The position numbers and the translations under genes are program-made. From IMG/VR virus record IMGVR_UViG_3300038463_000730, positions 310,001-374,000 of that record: DNA of 64,000 nt. The stretch is one strand, 5' to 3'. Shown here in pieces: positions 38,174 through 47,184 of the stretch (positions within the stretch are counted from its first letter, which is position 1; each line of letters starts with the position of its first letter). The notes beneath the pieces are model-generated. The model saw only the letters and a program-made list of their open reading frames with translations, was not told the origin of the DNA and did no database searches.

Positions 38174-38242
38174 ATGGCGGGCCTCTCCCCTTCCGACCGA
38201 AGCCGGTTTCCGTCAAGCCTATGTGGTCGGTTTCACCCTCCT

Positions 38243-38698
38243 TTATGCTGGAGACGCAAGATCTAAATCAAAAGCACTATACCATCCAAGTTGTTTCACT
38301 GTCTTCCTGCGATGACAATTCGCGCACCTGACTTCGCATTTAGCAATTTCAGTTTGGATTCTTTCCAAAGAATGACCAATCATCATTCTGACTTCCATTA
38401 TCTTTTCACCACGAACATGATCAAACTCTAACACTATCAAATCTTTTTCACCACAATCAACACACGGGTGTTCTCTAAGATAATCGAATACGAAAGTATA
38501 GTTGTTTTGCTTAGCTTTAGCTGTTGAGATTTTGGCTTTAGCTACGTAATATTTAACGTTATTTGAGTAATGATTTTTATTGTACGCTCTGTGGCATGGT
38601 TTGCATGTCCACTGGAAGCCATTTCCTTTTTTAGCGAAATTATCTGAGTTCAACTCTAGGTCCTTCTTGCAGGACCCACCGCATATTCTTGTTGGCAT
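38243..38698 (-). CDS. HNH endonuclease (paralog of 32505..32960)
   Basis: HPCVDCGEKDLIVLEFDH...KCEVRCANCHRRKT. Confidence 0.82.
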   Translation of the reverse strand: MPTRICGGSCKKDLELNSDNFAKKGNGFQWTCKPCHRAYNKNHYSNNVKYYVAKAKISTAKAKQNNYTFVFDYLREHPCVDCGEKDLIVLEFDHVRGEKIMEVRMMIGHSLERIQTEIAKCEVRCANCHRRKTVKQLGWYSAFDLDLASPA

Positions 38699-38732
38699 GC
38701 CGAGCTATATATCGGCCGATCTGGATTCGAAC

Positions 38733-38812
38733 TGGTATGCCCGGCAGGATTCGAACCTGCGAAAACCTCTTCGTTCGTAGCGAAGCGCTCTGTCCAGCTG
38801 AGCTACGGGCAT
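38733..38812 (-). tRNA. trnR: tRNA-Arg(ACG)
   Basis: CTTCG-CT-ACG-AA-CGAAG; encoded CCA. Confidence 0.93.
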
Positions 38813-38854
38813 ATAACGTAACGTATTCAATTTTCAACGATCCATCTTAATCAG

Positions 38855-38927
38855 TAACAGAGATAGGATTTGAACCTATGACTCGGGGTTATGAGCCCCG
38901 CAAGCTGCCAGACTGCTCCACTCTGCT
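38855..38927 (-). tRNA. trnfM: tRNA-Met(CAT), initiator-like
   Basis: TG-GAGCAGTCTGGCAGCT D region and three G-C pairs (GGG/CCC) above CT-CAT-AA, as in bacterial initiator tRNA. Confidence 0.85.
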
Positions 38928-38936
38928 ATGTTTTCC

Positions 38937-39014
38937 TGGGGTGAGCGACGGGATTCGAACCCGCGTATACTGGTGCCACAGACCAGCGCCTTTGGCCGCT
39001 TGGCTACGCCCACC
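38937..39014 (-). tRNA. trnH: tRNA-His(GTG)
   Basis: G-1 with 8-bp acceptor, CTGGT-CT-GTG-GC-ACCAG, encoded CCA. Confidence 0.93.
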
Positions 39015-39232
39015 GTGATAAATCCTATTCCTGCATCGACTGTGATCCACTTATATTCTTCGGCATACTTATGTTAAGGTCGTTCTCCGGCTCTCATGCC
39101 GGTACTCTCATATGAGCTAAAACAGAAATTGAAAAATTTGGTTCTTGCATCCGTTAGACTGTTAATTTACGGTTCCTTCCATTCTAGAAGAACATTGCTA
39201 TATGCTAAAACAAAAACCGAAACTTTAGTCAG

Positions 39233-39303
39233 CGCAACCAACGAGATTCGAACTCGCGTAGGCTCCCGAGACAGGGGAGTGCCCTCCAGTGGACCATGAT
39301 TGC
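39233..39303 (-). tRNA. trnD: tRNA-Asp(GTC)
   Basis: CTCCC-CT-GTC-TC-GGGAG; G73; U at position 37 is atypical. Confidence 0.85.
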
Positions 39304-39352
39304 ATCACCTCTTGCGGAGGTAAATTAGATATCTGTCTATGCCCCAATATCG

Positions 39353-39664
39353 TCAAAGAAAATTGGCGTAACGTACTAATTCTTTGACGTGCGGAATTAC
39401 ATTAGGACGCGCCAGTAAAGCTTTCACCGTTGTTGGTTCAAGACGCCACTGTCCCTCAATACCATTGCAGCTGCAATGGCCACCATGGACCTCGAATAGC
39501 TCTTTAGTTATGTTCGAACGAACAAGAACAAATGCGCTACCGCTATAATCCTCATATGTATAACTGGCATACAATATCTCAAGGTCTTTGATCTCGTCTG
39601 CCGTGATCTCAAACTCGTGCAATAAATCTTCTACACTACTAAACAATCCATGAAAATAAGCCAT
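39353..39664 (-). CDS. hypothetical phage protein
   Basis: YTYEDYSGSA...FEVHGGHCSCNG motif. Confidence 0.7.
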   Translation of the reverse strand: MAYFHGLFSSVEDLLHEFEITADEIKDLEILYASYTYEDYSGSAFVLVRSNITKELFEVHGGHCSCNGIEGQWRLEPTTVKALLARPNVIPHVKELVRYANFL

Positions 39665-39674
39665 CGTTCCCCCG

Positions 39675-39980
39675 TTACAATAATACGAATCTGTTTCGCA
39701 GCATCTTTGAGTAAGCTGCGGCCTCTTCCAAAGTATTGAAAATTGTTATGTCGTTCAAGTGTGGAAAAATAGTGCGAGAGATAAATGGCTCGGCCAGACG
39801 CCTCGGTATCTCTATCCCGTCAACTATATCTAGTTGAATAGACGGGTAATCAAATCCTTCAATCGATACTATTCCGTACGCTCCGTAGATATACATTTGA
39901 CTTTTGTCAAACTTAAGAGCCCGCTCATTCGACCAAACTGCGAACTGCATATTTGCATTAAACCAATCTGCGTATTCCAT
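39675..39980 (-). CDS. hypothetical protein
   Basis: Ends FNTLEEAAAYSKMLRNRFVLL. Confidence 0.6.
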   Translation of the reverse strand: MEYADWFNANMQFAVWSNERALKFDKSQMYIYGAYGIVSIEGFDYPSIQLDIVDGIEIPRRLAEPFISRTIFPHLNDITIFNTLEEAAAYSKMLRNRFVLL

Positions 39981-40087
39981 ACGTCTTAAAGATCAAACCC
40001 GGGCAAATCCCGGGTTCACGTTGTACTAGGCGTGAAACGCCATCTTTCAATGACGCCAGCTAGTTATTTTGGGGACTTTCGTCCCGG

Positions 40088-40161
40088 TGGATACTGACGA
40101 GATTCGAACTCGCGACATCCTGCTTGCAAGGCAAGCGCTCTCCCAACTGAGCTACAGACCC
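40088..40161 (-). tRNA. trnA: tRNA-Ala(TGC)
   Basis: CT-TGC-AA loop; G3:U70 retained; 1-nt bulge in the acceptor 3' strand. Confidence 0.87.
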
Positions 40162-40189
40162 AAACGGCATACTTCATTATGCCCATAAA

Positions 40190-40609
40190 TCATGTCATAG
40201 TCTTCAACTTGTCATATCGACAAAACTTCCTAAGATCACTTACATCGATTACGACCGAGTTGGAATGCAGTCTGTTGGCTATGCCAAGCTCGTTCAACTT
40301 GACACGCAACAGCGGTATAACGTGGGTCGTGAAGACATCCGTTGTAATGTCACAGTCTGAAGCATTGATAAAAATCATTGCATTCTTGATTTCCATCGCT
40401 TGCCTTAATAGCTTCGGAATATTGCTCAAAGAGCAATCGACGTAATGATCAAGTTCGATCTTGGGAGGAGGCTGAGTTTTAATATCAGCTTCCTTGAATA
40501 ATACGATCAGTCCTTTTTGTAACTCGGCCTTTTGCTTCGTAACCGCAGCTATCACGACCGGATCAGTAGCTACAACAGCAACAGGCTTTTTCTTGGAAAA
40601 CAATCCCAT
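40190..40609 (-). CDS. hypothetical protein (shared C-terminal motif)
   Basis: Start moved to ATG 40609; ends RYDKLKTMT. Confidence 0.6.
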   Translation of the reverse strand: MGLFSKKKPVAVVATDPVVIAAVTKQKAELQKGLIVLFKEADIKTQPPPKIELDHYVDCSLSNIPKLLRQAMEIKNAMIFINASDCDITTDVFTTHVIPLLRVKLNELGIANRLHSNSVVIDVSDLRKFCRYDKLKTMT

Positions 40610-40616
40610 GATCAGC

Positions 40617-41165
40617 CTAGCTTTGCAAGATACCCAGTTTAACAAGAAGCTCATCAAGTTGAACATTTTCAGTCCCGCACTCCACAGCTTTTACTTTGAC
40701 GTCTTTCAGAAAGCGCGCCATATCCCCATCTAGCTCCCGAGCCTGCTCTTCAGTTTGGAAGCGACCAGCTGGATTATATTCCTTGGTGCGTTTGAGATTG
40801 ACATGATGATGTACGTGACCATCCTGGCTGGCCTGATGGTAGTAGGCCACCGTAGCAGCACGAACACCTTCCGAGACAAACAAGGGACAATAGACCTGCG
40901 CATAGTAAGCTGATAACCAAATTGGTGAATCGGTTACGATCAGATCAACCTTGCCGTACAACATGCTTTCCTTCCGGCTCTGTTTGCCGAGAAAATAAAG
41001 CTGATCGTAAGCATTGATATGTCGCTTCTCCCAAGCCCAGTCTTTCACGTATTCCCGAACTAGTTCGGCGTTCTTTCCAGCTTTCTTCAAAGCATAGAAA
41101 AGATAGGCGGCACTCGTAGATTTACCAGTGCCGGGGCCTCCATGAAGGTTGATCACGGTCGTCAT
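40617..41165 (-). CDS. P-loop kinase, NadR/AAA_28-like
   Basis: INLHGGPGTGKST, ELVREYVK, VTDSP, GRFQTEEQA. Confidence 0.75.
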   Translation of the reverse strand: MTTVINLHGGPGTGKSTSAAYLFYALKKAGKNAELVREYVKDWAWEKRHINAYDQLYFLGKQSRKESMLYGKVDLIVTDSPIWLSAYYAQVYCPLFVSEGVRAATVAYYHQASQDGHVHHHVNLKRTKEYNPAGRFQTEEQARELDGDMARFLKDVKVKAVECGTENVQLDELLVKLGILQS

Positions 41166-41396
41166 ATTGAATTACCTTTGCATTGGGCCACCAACTGTTG
41201 GGGACGCCAACTTTCTCTTTTAAACACTTATCGGCGCCAAAACGATCGAGAAAGACTTTCGCTTTCTATGGAAAGTTCGTTACATTTTTTCCACGAGCCA
41301 TGTAATACCGCGCACCATCTTTCGGTGCTCGCAGCTGAATTATCCATCCCATGTTTCATGGGGACCGAGTCGGAACTCGTATCGTCAAAGTAGTTG

Positions 41397-41468
41397 TGGC
41401 CGGAAACAGATTCGAACTGTTGACCCTCGGGTTTCAAGCGAGCGCTCTTCCACCTGAGCTATCCGGCC
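41397..41468 (-). tRNA. trnF: tRNA-Phe(GAA)
   Basis: GGCCGGA/TTCCGGCC acceptor region; TT-GAA-AC loop. Confidence 0.85.
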
Positions 41469-41507
41469 GTGGAATATTTATAAATGAATATGCCTAGAAC
41501 TGGTTAG

Positions 41508-41597
41508 AGGAAGAGGCAGGATTTGAACCTGCGTCCATCGAAGATGGGATTATCCCTAACGGGATAATGGCTTATGTCCAGGCTCGCCCACACTTCC
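41508..41597 (-). ncRNA. tRNA-Ser-like RNA with remodelled anticodon arm
   Basis: GGAAGTG acceptor, D arm, long variable arm and canonical T arm, but anticodon arm is TTATCCC-GTTA-GGGATAA (7 bp + 4-nt loop). Confidence 0.65.
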
Positions 41598-41604
41598 TAC
41601 CAAA

Positions 41605-42144
41605 TCAACCCTGATCACGACCCCATGCAAATGCCATAAGATACTTTCGGAGCTGAATCGTATGTGTCGGGAAGCACAACTCGACAGGTTCGTTTGTAAC
41701 TATTAACTCGCTGACTTCTTCATTTGTGTGGAAGCATTCGAGTTCCTTCGCATCGACGACGGGAGACGAGCAGAAGACAATCAGGTGGTTCTGATCATCG
41801 CTGAACGTTTCGACGTGCTGCATCTGAGCCGGATCGACCTCGATGCCGGTCTCCTCGAATAGCTCGCGTGCCGCCCCTTGCTGCCACGTCTCGCCGGTCA
41901 CGACGAAGCCACCCGGCAACGCAACCTCGCCGATATGCGGCGGGATCAGACGCCGTACGAGCAGGACTCCGACTTTCTCTTGGGCTCGAACGATCGGAAC
42001 CAGCACAACCGCTACCGGAAGTGGGTTTGACCAATGCATCTGTTTGCATTCCGGGTTTAAACAAACCCGAGGCCATGACATAGAAGAGTAAATTGTTCCA
42101 CAAAAGTGGCAGTGAGAAAACCTTTTCATCGCATTGCTATCCAT
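41605..42144 (-). CDS. Nudix hydrolase with N-terminal zinc ribbon
   Basis: CHFC...CLNPEC...NPLPVAV; ALPGGFVVTGETWQQGAARELFEETGI. Confidence 0.88.
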   Translation of the reverse strand: MDSNAMKRFSHCHFCGTIYSSMSWPRVCLNPECKQMHWSNPLPVAVVLVPIVRAQEKVGVLLVRRLIPPHIGEVALPGGFVVTGETWQQGAARELFEETGIEVDPAQMQHVETFSDDQNHLIVFCSSPVVDAKELECFHTNEEVSELIVTNEPVELCFPTHTIQLRKYLMAFAWGRDQG

Positions 42145-42488
42145 TTTGCACCAATCATCTTGAAGCCATGATGAGCAAGGATTTGCTCAACTTCATATTG
42201 CCCTTGTTCAAAAGAAGAAACCCTAATACTGCAATGATTGATTGGGTAAACAGAGTAAACCCAACTACAGTACGGGTTGAATGTAAGTTCCGTAACATTA
42301 GCTACCAGCGCACGCTTCACATCGTAAATCTCTTCTACGCAATTCTCGCCTAGATCGGCTTCTCCTTTTTCCCAGCCGAACAACTTCATTTCCCAATGCC
42401 AATATGGTTCATCAACTAGTTTGCCATAGTCGATAACCTCGAATTGCCTTCGAATTCTTTTCCTTGCTTTTTCTGCCTCTGAACTCAT
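42126..42488 (-). CDS. hypothetical protein
   Basis: 120 aa coupled ORF. Confidence 0.55.
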   Translation of the reverse strand: MSSEAEKARKRIRRQFEVIDYGKLVDEPYWHWEMKLFGWEKGEADLGENCVEEIYDVKRALVANVTELTFNPYCSWVYSVYPINHCSIRVSSFEQGQYEVEQILAHHGFKMIGAKWIAMR

Positions 42489-42533
42489 TGTTTGGGAATA
42501 TTTTAGGATATAGAACGAGGAACCGGAAAAACA

Positions 42534-43859
42534 ATGACCAAGCTAAATCCACAGATAGACGTATTTGAACGACTCGCCAAAGCAGCACAGTTACGCGCCG
42601 AGGGAGCCGGGCCATGGGATAAGAAACCAAATCCACGCCCTCCGATGCCAAATGCGCCGGATGCCCTCACCGGGAAGCTGCCTTCTCCAATTGTTCCTGA
42701 AAGAAAGAACACCCTTGAGGGAAAGCCGAAGCCAAAAGAATTGACCGAAAAAGAAAGAATGGAAGGCCTACTTGGCAAACCGAACAAGAAGAAGGATGTC
42801 GCTGAGAAGCCAAAAGCGAAAGAGCATATTCCAAGTATTCAGCGGACTCCTGGTGGACACATTAAAGACCCGTCTGACAAAGACCTCGAAGTTCTAGAGC
42901 GTCAGCGACAAGATTATTTCTCGCGTCAGAAACAAAAGCCAGAGATGGATGCGGCTCAACAGGCCGAGTCTGAGCGAATCAAGAACGAGTATGCTGAGTA
43001 CATTAAGAAGAACGACCCACAGGGTTTCATTGCTTACATGAAGAGCCAGGATCCAAACTACAATCCTGAACGCTATCTTAAGATGCTTCGCGAGAAGAAG
43101 AAGCAAGTTCGTGAAGAACAGGAAACAGCTCGTGAGCAAGGAAAGTTTAAACCAAACTATGAGTCCGAAACTTTACCTGAAGCTCCGGAGCCAGGCGCCC
43201 CACGTCCTACCGAGCCAGGTTTGGGACGATTCAAAGATGACGTTGAAATGCTTGGTTGGTTCCACGATGACATCAAGGGCTTCTATACTATGGAAGAGTT
43301 CATGCACCTGGCCGGACTAATGGATCTTGGAACACCAGAAGAACTATCGAATCTTCGTTCCGTTCTGAAGAAGAAGAACAAGAAGCCAATGTCAGCTGCT
43401 CCAGAGGGAGAGAAGGTAATCAACGAAACAGAACCAGTACGTAAATTCGTTGACACGGGAGTTGAAGAGGAAGCTAAAGAATGGGCGGCGGATCCTAAAG
43501 CAGCCGAGATGGTCGATGAGTTCGTACAAGAACTTACTGACAATGAGCTGGATATCTATGATCCAACTCAGTTCGCAAACTTGCTACAGAAGACTAAGAT
43601 GACTGCTACCGAGCTAAAGAATATGCTTGCTGAGCAAGGCAAGTACCTTATGACCGGAGCTGAGGCAGGCGTCGGTAAGAAGCAGGTTATCGTTCCACAA
43701 GAAATCATCGACCGTGCCGCTCAGATGCTCGACATGGAGGATAGCTCCAAGCTAATGAGGTTCCTCGCTGATCTCCCGCAAGAGAATCAGCCACGCAGCG
43801 TCAACGAGCTCGTTGAGATGTTCCTAGACCAAACTGGTTTCTATAACGAAGAAGTCTAA
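42534..43859 (+). CDS. large charged/Pro-rich hypothetical protein
   Basis: 441 aa plus-strand ORF with GAGG RBS; no recognisable domain. Confidence 0.8.
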   Translation: MTKLNPQIDVFERLAKAAQLRAEGAGPWDKKPNPRPPMPNAPDALTGKLPSPIVPERKNTLEGKPKPKELTEKERMEGLLGKPNKKKDVAEKPKAKEHIPSIQRTPGGHIKDPSDKDLEVLERQRQDYFSRQKQKPEMDAAQQAESERIKNEYAEYIKKNDPQGFIAYMKSQDPNYNPERYLKMLREKKKQVREEQETAREQGKFKPNYESETLPEAPEPGAPRPTEPGLGRFKDDVEMLGWFHDDIKGFYTMEEFMHLAGLMDLGTPEELSNLRSVLKKKNKKPMSAAPEGEKVINETEPVRKFVDTGVEEEAKEWAADPKAAEMVDEFVQELTDNELDIYDPTQFANLLQKTKMTATELKNMLAEQGKYLMTGAEAGVGKKQVIVPQEIIDRAAQMLDMEDSSKLMRFLADLPQENQPRSVNELVEMFLDQTGFYNEEV

Positions 43860-43860
43860 G

Positions 43861-44796
43861 TCACTTAAAAAACTCGGCCTGATCAACGTACGGCATTCCG
43901 ACGCGCTTCGCGAAGGTTTGATCCGTCGTCTGGTCTCCGACATAGATGCACGCTTTGCGATCTAGTTTGTGTCGATGCATCAAATCGACAAAGTTTCCAA
44001 CTTGCGGCTTCCGGCAATAGCAATTCGGAGGCGCAGCTTGGTGAGGACAAAACACAACCTCGATATCCAATCCGAGGAGCTTGTTGGTATGTTGGAAGAG
44101 CGCCTGCGCTTTATCTGCTGTGAGATCGCCTTTGTGTACACCGGACTGGTTACTAACACCGAGAAGCCGATACCCACGATCCTGGTAGTCCCGAAGAACA
44201 CGTTTTACATTTGCCTTTAGCTGGATATGTTTCTCTTCGGTCGGGAACATGCCGTTCCCTCCGACACACTCACGAAGCGTACCGTCATAGTCAACGATCA
44301 GTGCTTTGTTCGTGAAGGTCGGATCATCCTGACGAACGAAGTCGCGCTCCGTTACTGAAGCGAATCCCTCGGCAACAGTAGGAGCTTGGAACTCTTTCTT
44401 GTGTTTGAAGAAGACAGCCGGAGGGAAGATACTTGGCTTCTTCGATTTCTGGATCTCGTACGGTGTTAAGAGCCTGCCTTCCGAAATCAACATACGGTTC
44501 AGGAAGTTGAACATCGAGTTCTCGATCGATGTCTTCATCACTACGCAATGAATCGGCGTACCATGCTTTTTCGCAAGATCGATGAATGGCGCCCGAGAAG
44601 CACTCGTAGGAAAAAGGTTGTCCAAAACAACCGACTTGTTATCGCCAAGTAAAGAATCAAACTTGGGAAGCAAGCCAGCGATTGTTCCACCTTCGGTATC
44701 TCGATTGAGAGTTGCAAATCCTTTCCGCGCATACTCTTTCGCCACCGTGCTTTTGGTTGAGGCCGGGAATCCACAGATAATGACCGCTTCGCTCAT
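43861..44796 (-). CDS. polynucleotide kinase/3'-phosphatase-like (P-loop kinase + HAD phosphatase)
   Basis: CGFPASTKST P-loop and LNRDT; HAD DYDGTLR, VSNQSG, CYCRKP, YVGDQTTD. Confidence 0.85.
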   Translation of the reverse strand: MSEAVIICGFPASTKSTVAKEYARKGFATLNRDTEGGTIAGLLPKFDSLLGDNKSVVLDNLFPTSASRAPFIDLAKKHGTPIHCVVMKTSIENSMFNFLNRMLISEGRLLTPYEIQKSKKPSIFPPAVFFKHKKEFQAPTVAEGFASVTERDFVRQDDPTFTNKALIVDYDGTLRECVGGNGMFPTEEKHIQLKANVKRVLRDYQDRGYRLLGVSNQSGVHKGDLTADKAQALFQHTNKLLGLDIEVVFCPHQAAPPNCYCRKPQVGNFVDLMHRHKLDRKACIYVGDQTTDQTFAKRVGMPYVDQAEFFK

Positions 44797-44870
44797 GACG
44801 AGCGGAGGACGTTGTTATCGCGAACTCGACACCGGAAACTGATCTACGTGTATGATACACGTATTAAACC

Positions 44871-44910
44871 AAAAGGAAACCCTGGTCACGCTAGAGCGTG
44901 CCAGGGTTCC
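44871..44910 (-). terminator. intrinsic terminator closing the large ncRNA
   Basis: Minus strand GGAACCCTGG-CACGC-TCTA-GCGTG-ACCAGGGTTTCC-TTTT. Confidence 0.8.
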
Positions 44911-46505
44911 GCGGCTTTCGCCGGAGCTGCGTAGGACCCGAGGTTCGACCCGAAGGTCAGTCCGAAGGGGTATCGCGCTTGCGCTGGCCGAGACATTGTC
45001 TCGAAGATCAGCGCTATGGTTGGAGGCCCGAGGGGTCAGGCCATGACCGTAAGATCCAGAACCCGTAGGTGGGATCGTTGGTCGGGACCGTTAAGTCCGC
45101 CGATTACTTTCGCGCCGTTCGGCAGCGTAGTGCGCACCCGGTGGGTGTGCTAGTAATCGGTTCGTTCCCTAGATTCCGGCGAAGCCGGAGATGTCGGGAA
45201 ACTTTCACCTTAGTCCAGAGCGACCGGGATTGGTTGTCCAATCTCAATTCGATGAGACTAAAGTTGGTGTCGCCTTGGTTTTGGAGAATTCAGCTATGCT
45301 GAGCTTTCCGTTACCTATGTCTACGGTTCAGGCTTATCAGGCGCGGACCGATTCGACATCGAAGATGCGTTCGTTGATGGAAGCCTTTCGGCTCAGAGCA
45401 ACGCTGTCGTCCTTTAGGGGACGGAGCAGACCAACCATTTCAGGCTGAACATCTTCTCTTGTTGCGTCACCATTCGGTCGTGTTGGAGTTACCAATTCAC
45501 CTAGAACCTTCACCATCGGGACTAGTGTGAATATGTTGCTGACACTTTGCAGGCGTCGAGCGGGTAACGAATCGGACTCTCAACCTGTTTGATTGCCGAA
45601 CCTCACGTGCTCATTCGGGCAATGCCCGGGAAGAACTTCGTGACTTTGACTCCGTGCGGACTGGATTGTCTGGCGTGTTGACTAGCGTTCGCGACGAATC
45701 GCGTGGCAGGGTCAAGACCCCAGATGGATTAGTTCCGCTGAACTCTCTGAGAAGTACTAGGTGTCCCGAAGGTCACCCTGACGCTCATTGAGCAGAGTCG
45801 TTAGCGACCTCGGTTAGCACGTAGTGCGCCTTGGTTGCCCGCTACCGTTTCCAGTAGCGCAGTTCAGAGCGAGTCTGAATCCTTCACGATCAATTGTGCA
45901 TTCCTTTTTCTCTATCGTTCGACCTCGTAGATTGCGTTGGAAGCCCGAAGGCGTCCCGTGCATTGAAAAGGTTAGAGGCACAACTTCAGCTGGGACAAGT
46001 TGGTTTGCGCTAGAAGAACTTCCTGTTAGGGTAAGTTCCTACCGAGACCATTTCTGGTAACGATACATCTGTTTTACGTTCAACTCAGATACTTCAGCCG
46101 AAGCTGTATGTCCTGAGAAGGTACGGAATACATTTCTTAGTGCCGAAGCACTTGACTCAAGGTATCCGAGAATTGGCTTTTCGGGCCGCATCTCGTATCC
46201 ATTTGCTCCTTTGTAGGGAGTGGCTATGGACAGCCGTGGCATTCACTTACGCGATTTGCCTTCACCGTGGCCAGAAACGTAGACCAGTTGCTTGCTTGTC
46301 GAGTCCTTGCTTCCTTTCGAAAGCCCAACTTGGAACGGAACACTTGCTGACCGAAGCCAGAATCCTTCTAGCCGTTTCTGCATCCACCCGCAAGGGCTTT
46401 TTGCTTACTCTGCATCGAAGAGCAACAACCTCTCGGCTGCTGCTGTTTCGCTCGGTGTTTCGTCCCTGCTGACAAGGAGGACACTACGCCGGTCCCTCCG
46501 ACCGA
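44872..46505 (-). ncRNA. candidate very large (~1.6 kb) structured non-coding RNA of unknown class
   Basis: No credible ORF in ~1.7 kb; seven C-UUCG-G and at least six GNRA-capped hairpins on the minus strand, with no C-UUCG-G on the plus strand; ends in a terminator. The 5' boundary is approximate. Confidence 0.78.
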
Positions 46506-46573
46506 ACAACAAAAAAGAACACGCCCGATCACTTTTTTCTGCGCTTGAGCTTAAGTCCTTTTCGGAAGCTCGT

Positions 46574-46939
46574 TCAAAGCAAAACTTTAAGCGAAACCTT
46601 CTTCCAATGGGCACAATAAAAGGTTCGGTGCGTTTCCAATGCTCCCCAATCCGAACTGGTCAGACGCATAAGCTGAACTTTCGGCCTGTAGGTCTTATGC
46701 GGGACGAGATCCCCGAAGAACTCATCCTCCTTCTCTGCGACTCGGCAAAAGCCCCACTCCAGGTCCCCACTTCCCATCGGGGCGCTCGGTTTCTGAGGCT
46801 GCCAGAAAGAGGAGCCCTGCGCGGTCAGCACGTAGCCATCCATGACACCGACCCCTCCTATAGAGGGAGGCACCGGGGCGGTAGGCTGATGCCGGTCCCA
46901 ATGGATACAGCCAGCGCAACTTTTAGCATTCGAACTCAT
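46574..46939 (-). CDS. Cys-rich hypothetical protein, paralog 1
   Basis: CAGCIHW...WGFC...THRTFYC; start moved to ATG 46939 (ATGA coupling). Confidence 0.65.
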   Translation of the reverse strand: MSSNAKSCAGCIHWDRHQPTAPVPPSIGGVGVMDGYVLTAQGSSFWQPQKPSAPMGSGDLEWGFCRVAEKEDEFFGDLVPHKTYRPKVQLMRLTSSDWGALETHRTFYCAHWKKVSLKVLL

Positions 46940-47181
46940 CGCATAACCGCCAGCCTTCGGTTTTTGAATTGAACGCAACCGAATTCAGCGTGAGTGGATA
47001 AGATCGCGTCTTCCAACCCTTGTAGGTTGTAACACCAGGCATTTGTCGTTGCATCGGTAGCGTCACCAACTACCGATTTGGTTTTTTCACAAGCACCCCA
47101 TTCATTATCAATGTTTATCTTTTGGTCCTGACTCCAATACAAACAATCTTTGCATTTTTCCGGCCATCCGTTTCTTTTCAT
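46936..47181 (-). CDS. Cys-rich hypothetical protein, paralog 2
   Basis: CKDCLYW...WGAC...THAEFGC. Confidence 0.65.
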   Translation of the reverse strand: MKRNGWPEKCKDCLYWSQDQKINIDNEWGACEKTKSVVGDATDATTNAWCYNLQGLEDAILSTHAEFGCVQFKNRRLAVMR

Positions 47182-47184
47182 AGA

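Noticed and set aside
41476-41483. T4-type late promoter TATAAATA just upstream of tRNA-Phe
   Set aside because: Single occurrence in an AT-rich spacer; the recurrent motif here is GATATAT
44872-46505. Group I/II intron, RNase P RNA, tmRNA or rRNA as identity of the large RNA
   Set aside because: Flanking genes are intact (nothing is interrupted), and I found no P7/J8-7 core, domain V, GAGGAAAGUCC P4 motif, tRNA-like ends or rRNA signature segments by eye
44852-46972. ORF-track entries in and overlapping the large intergenic region (e.g. 45069..45302+, 45191..45448+, 46140..46472+, 46292..46972+)
   Set aside because: No RBS, non-protein-like composition, mutually overlapping in several frames; the strand-biased tetraloops point to RNA structure instead
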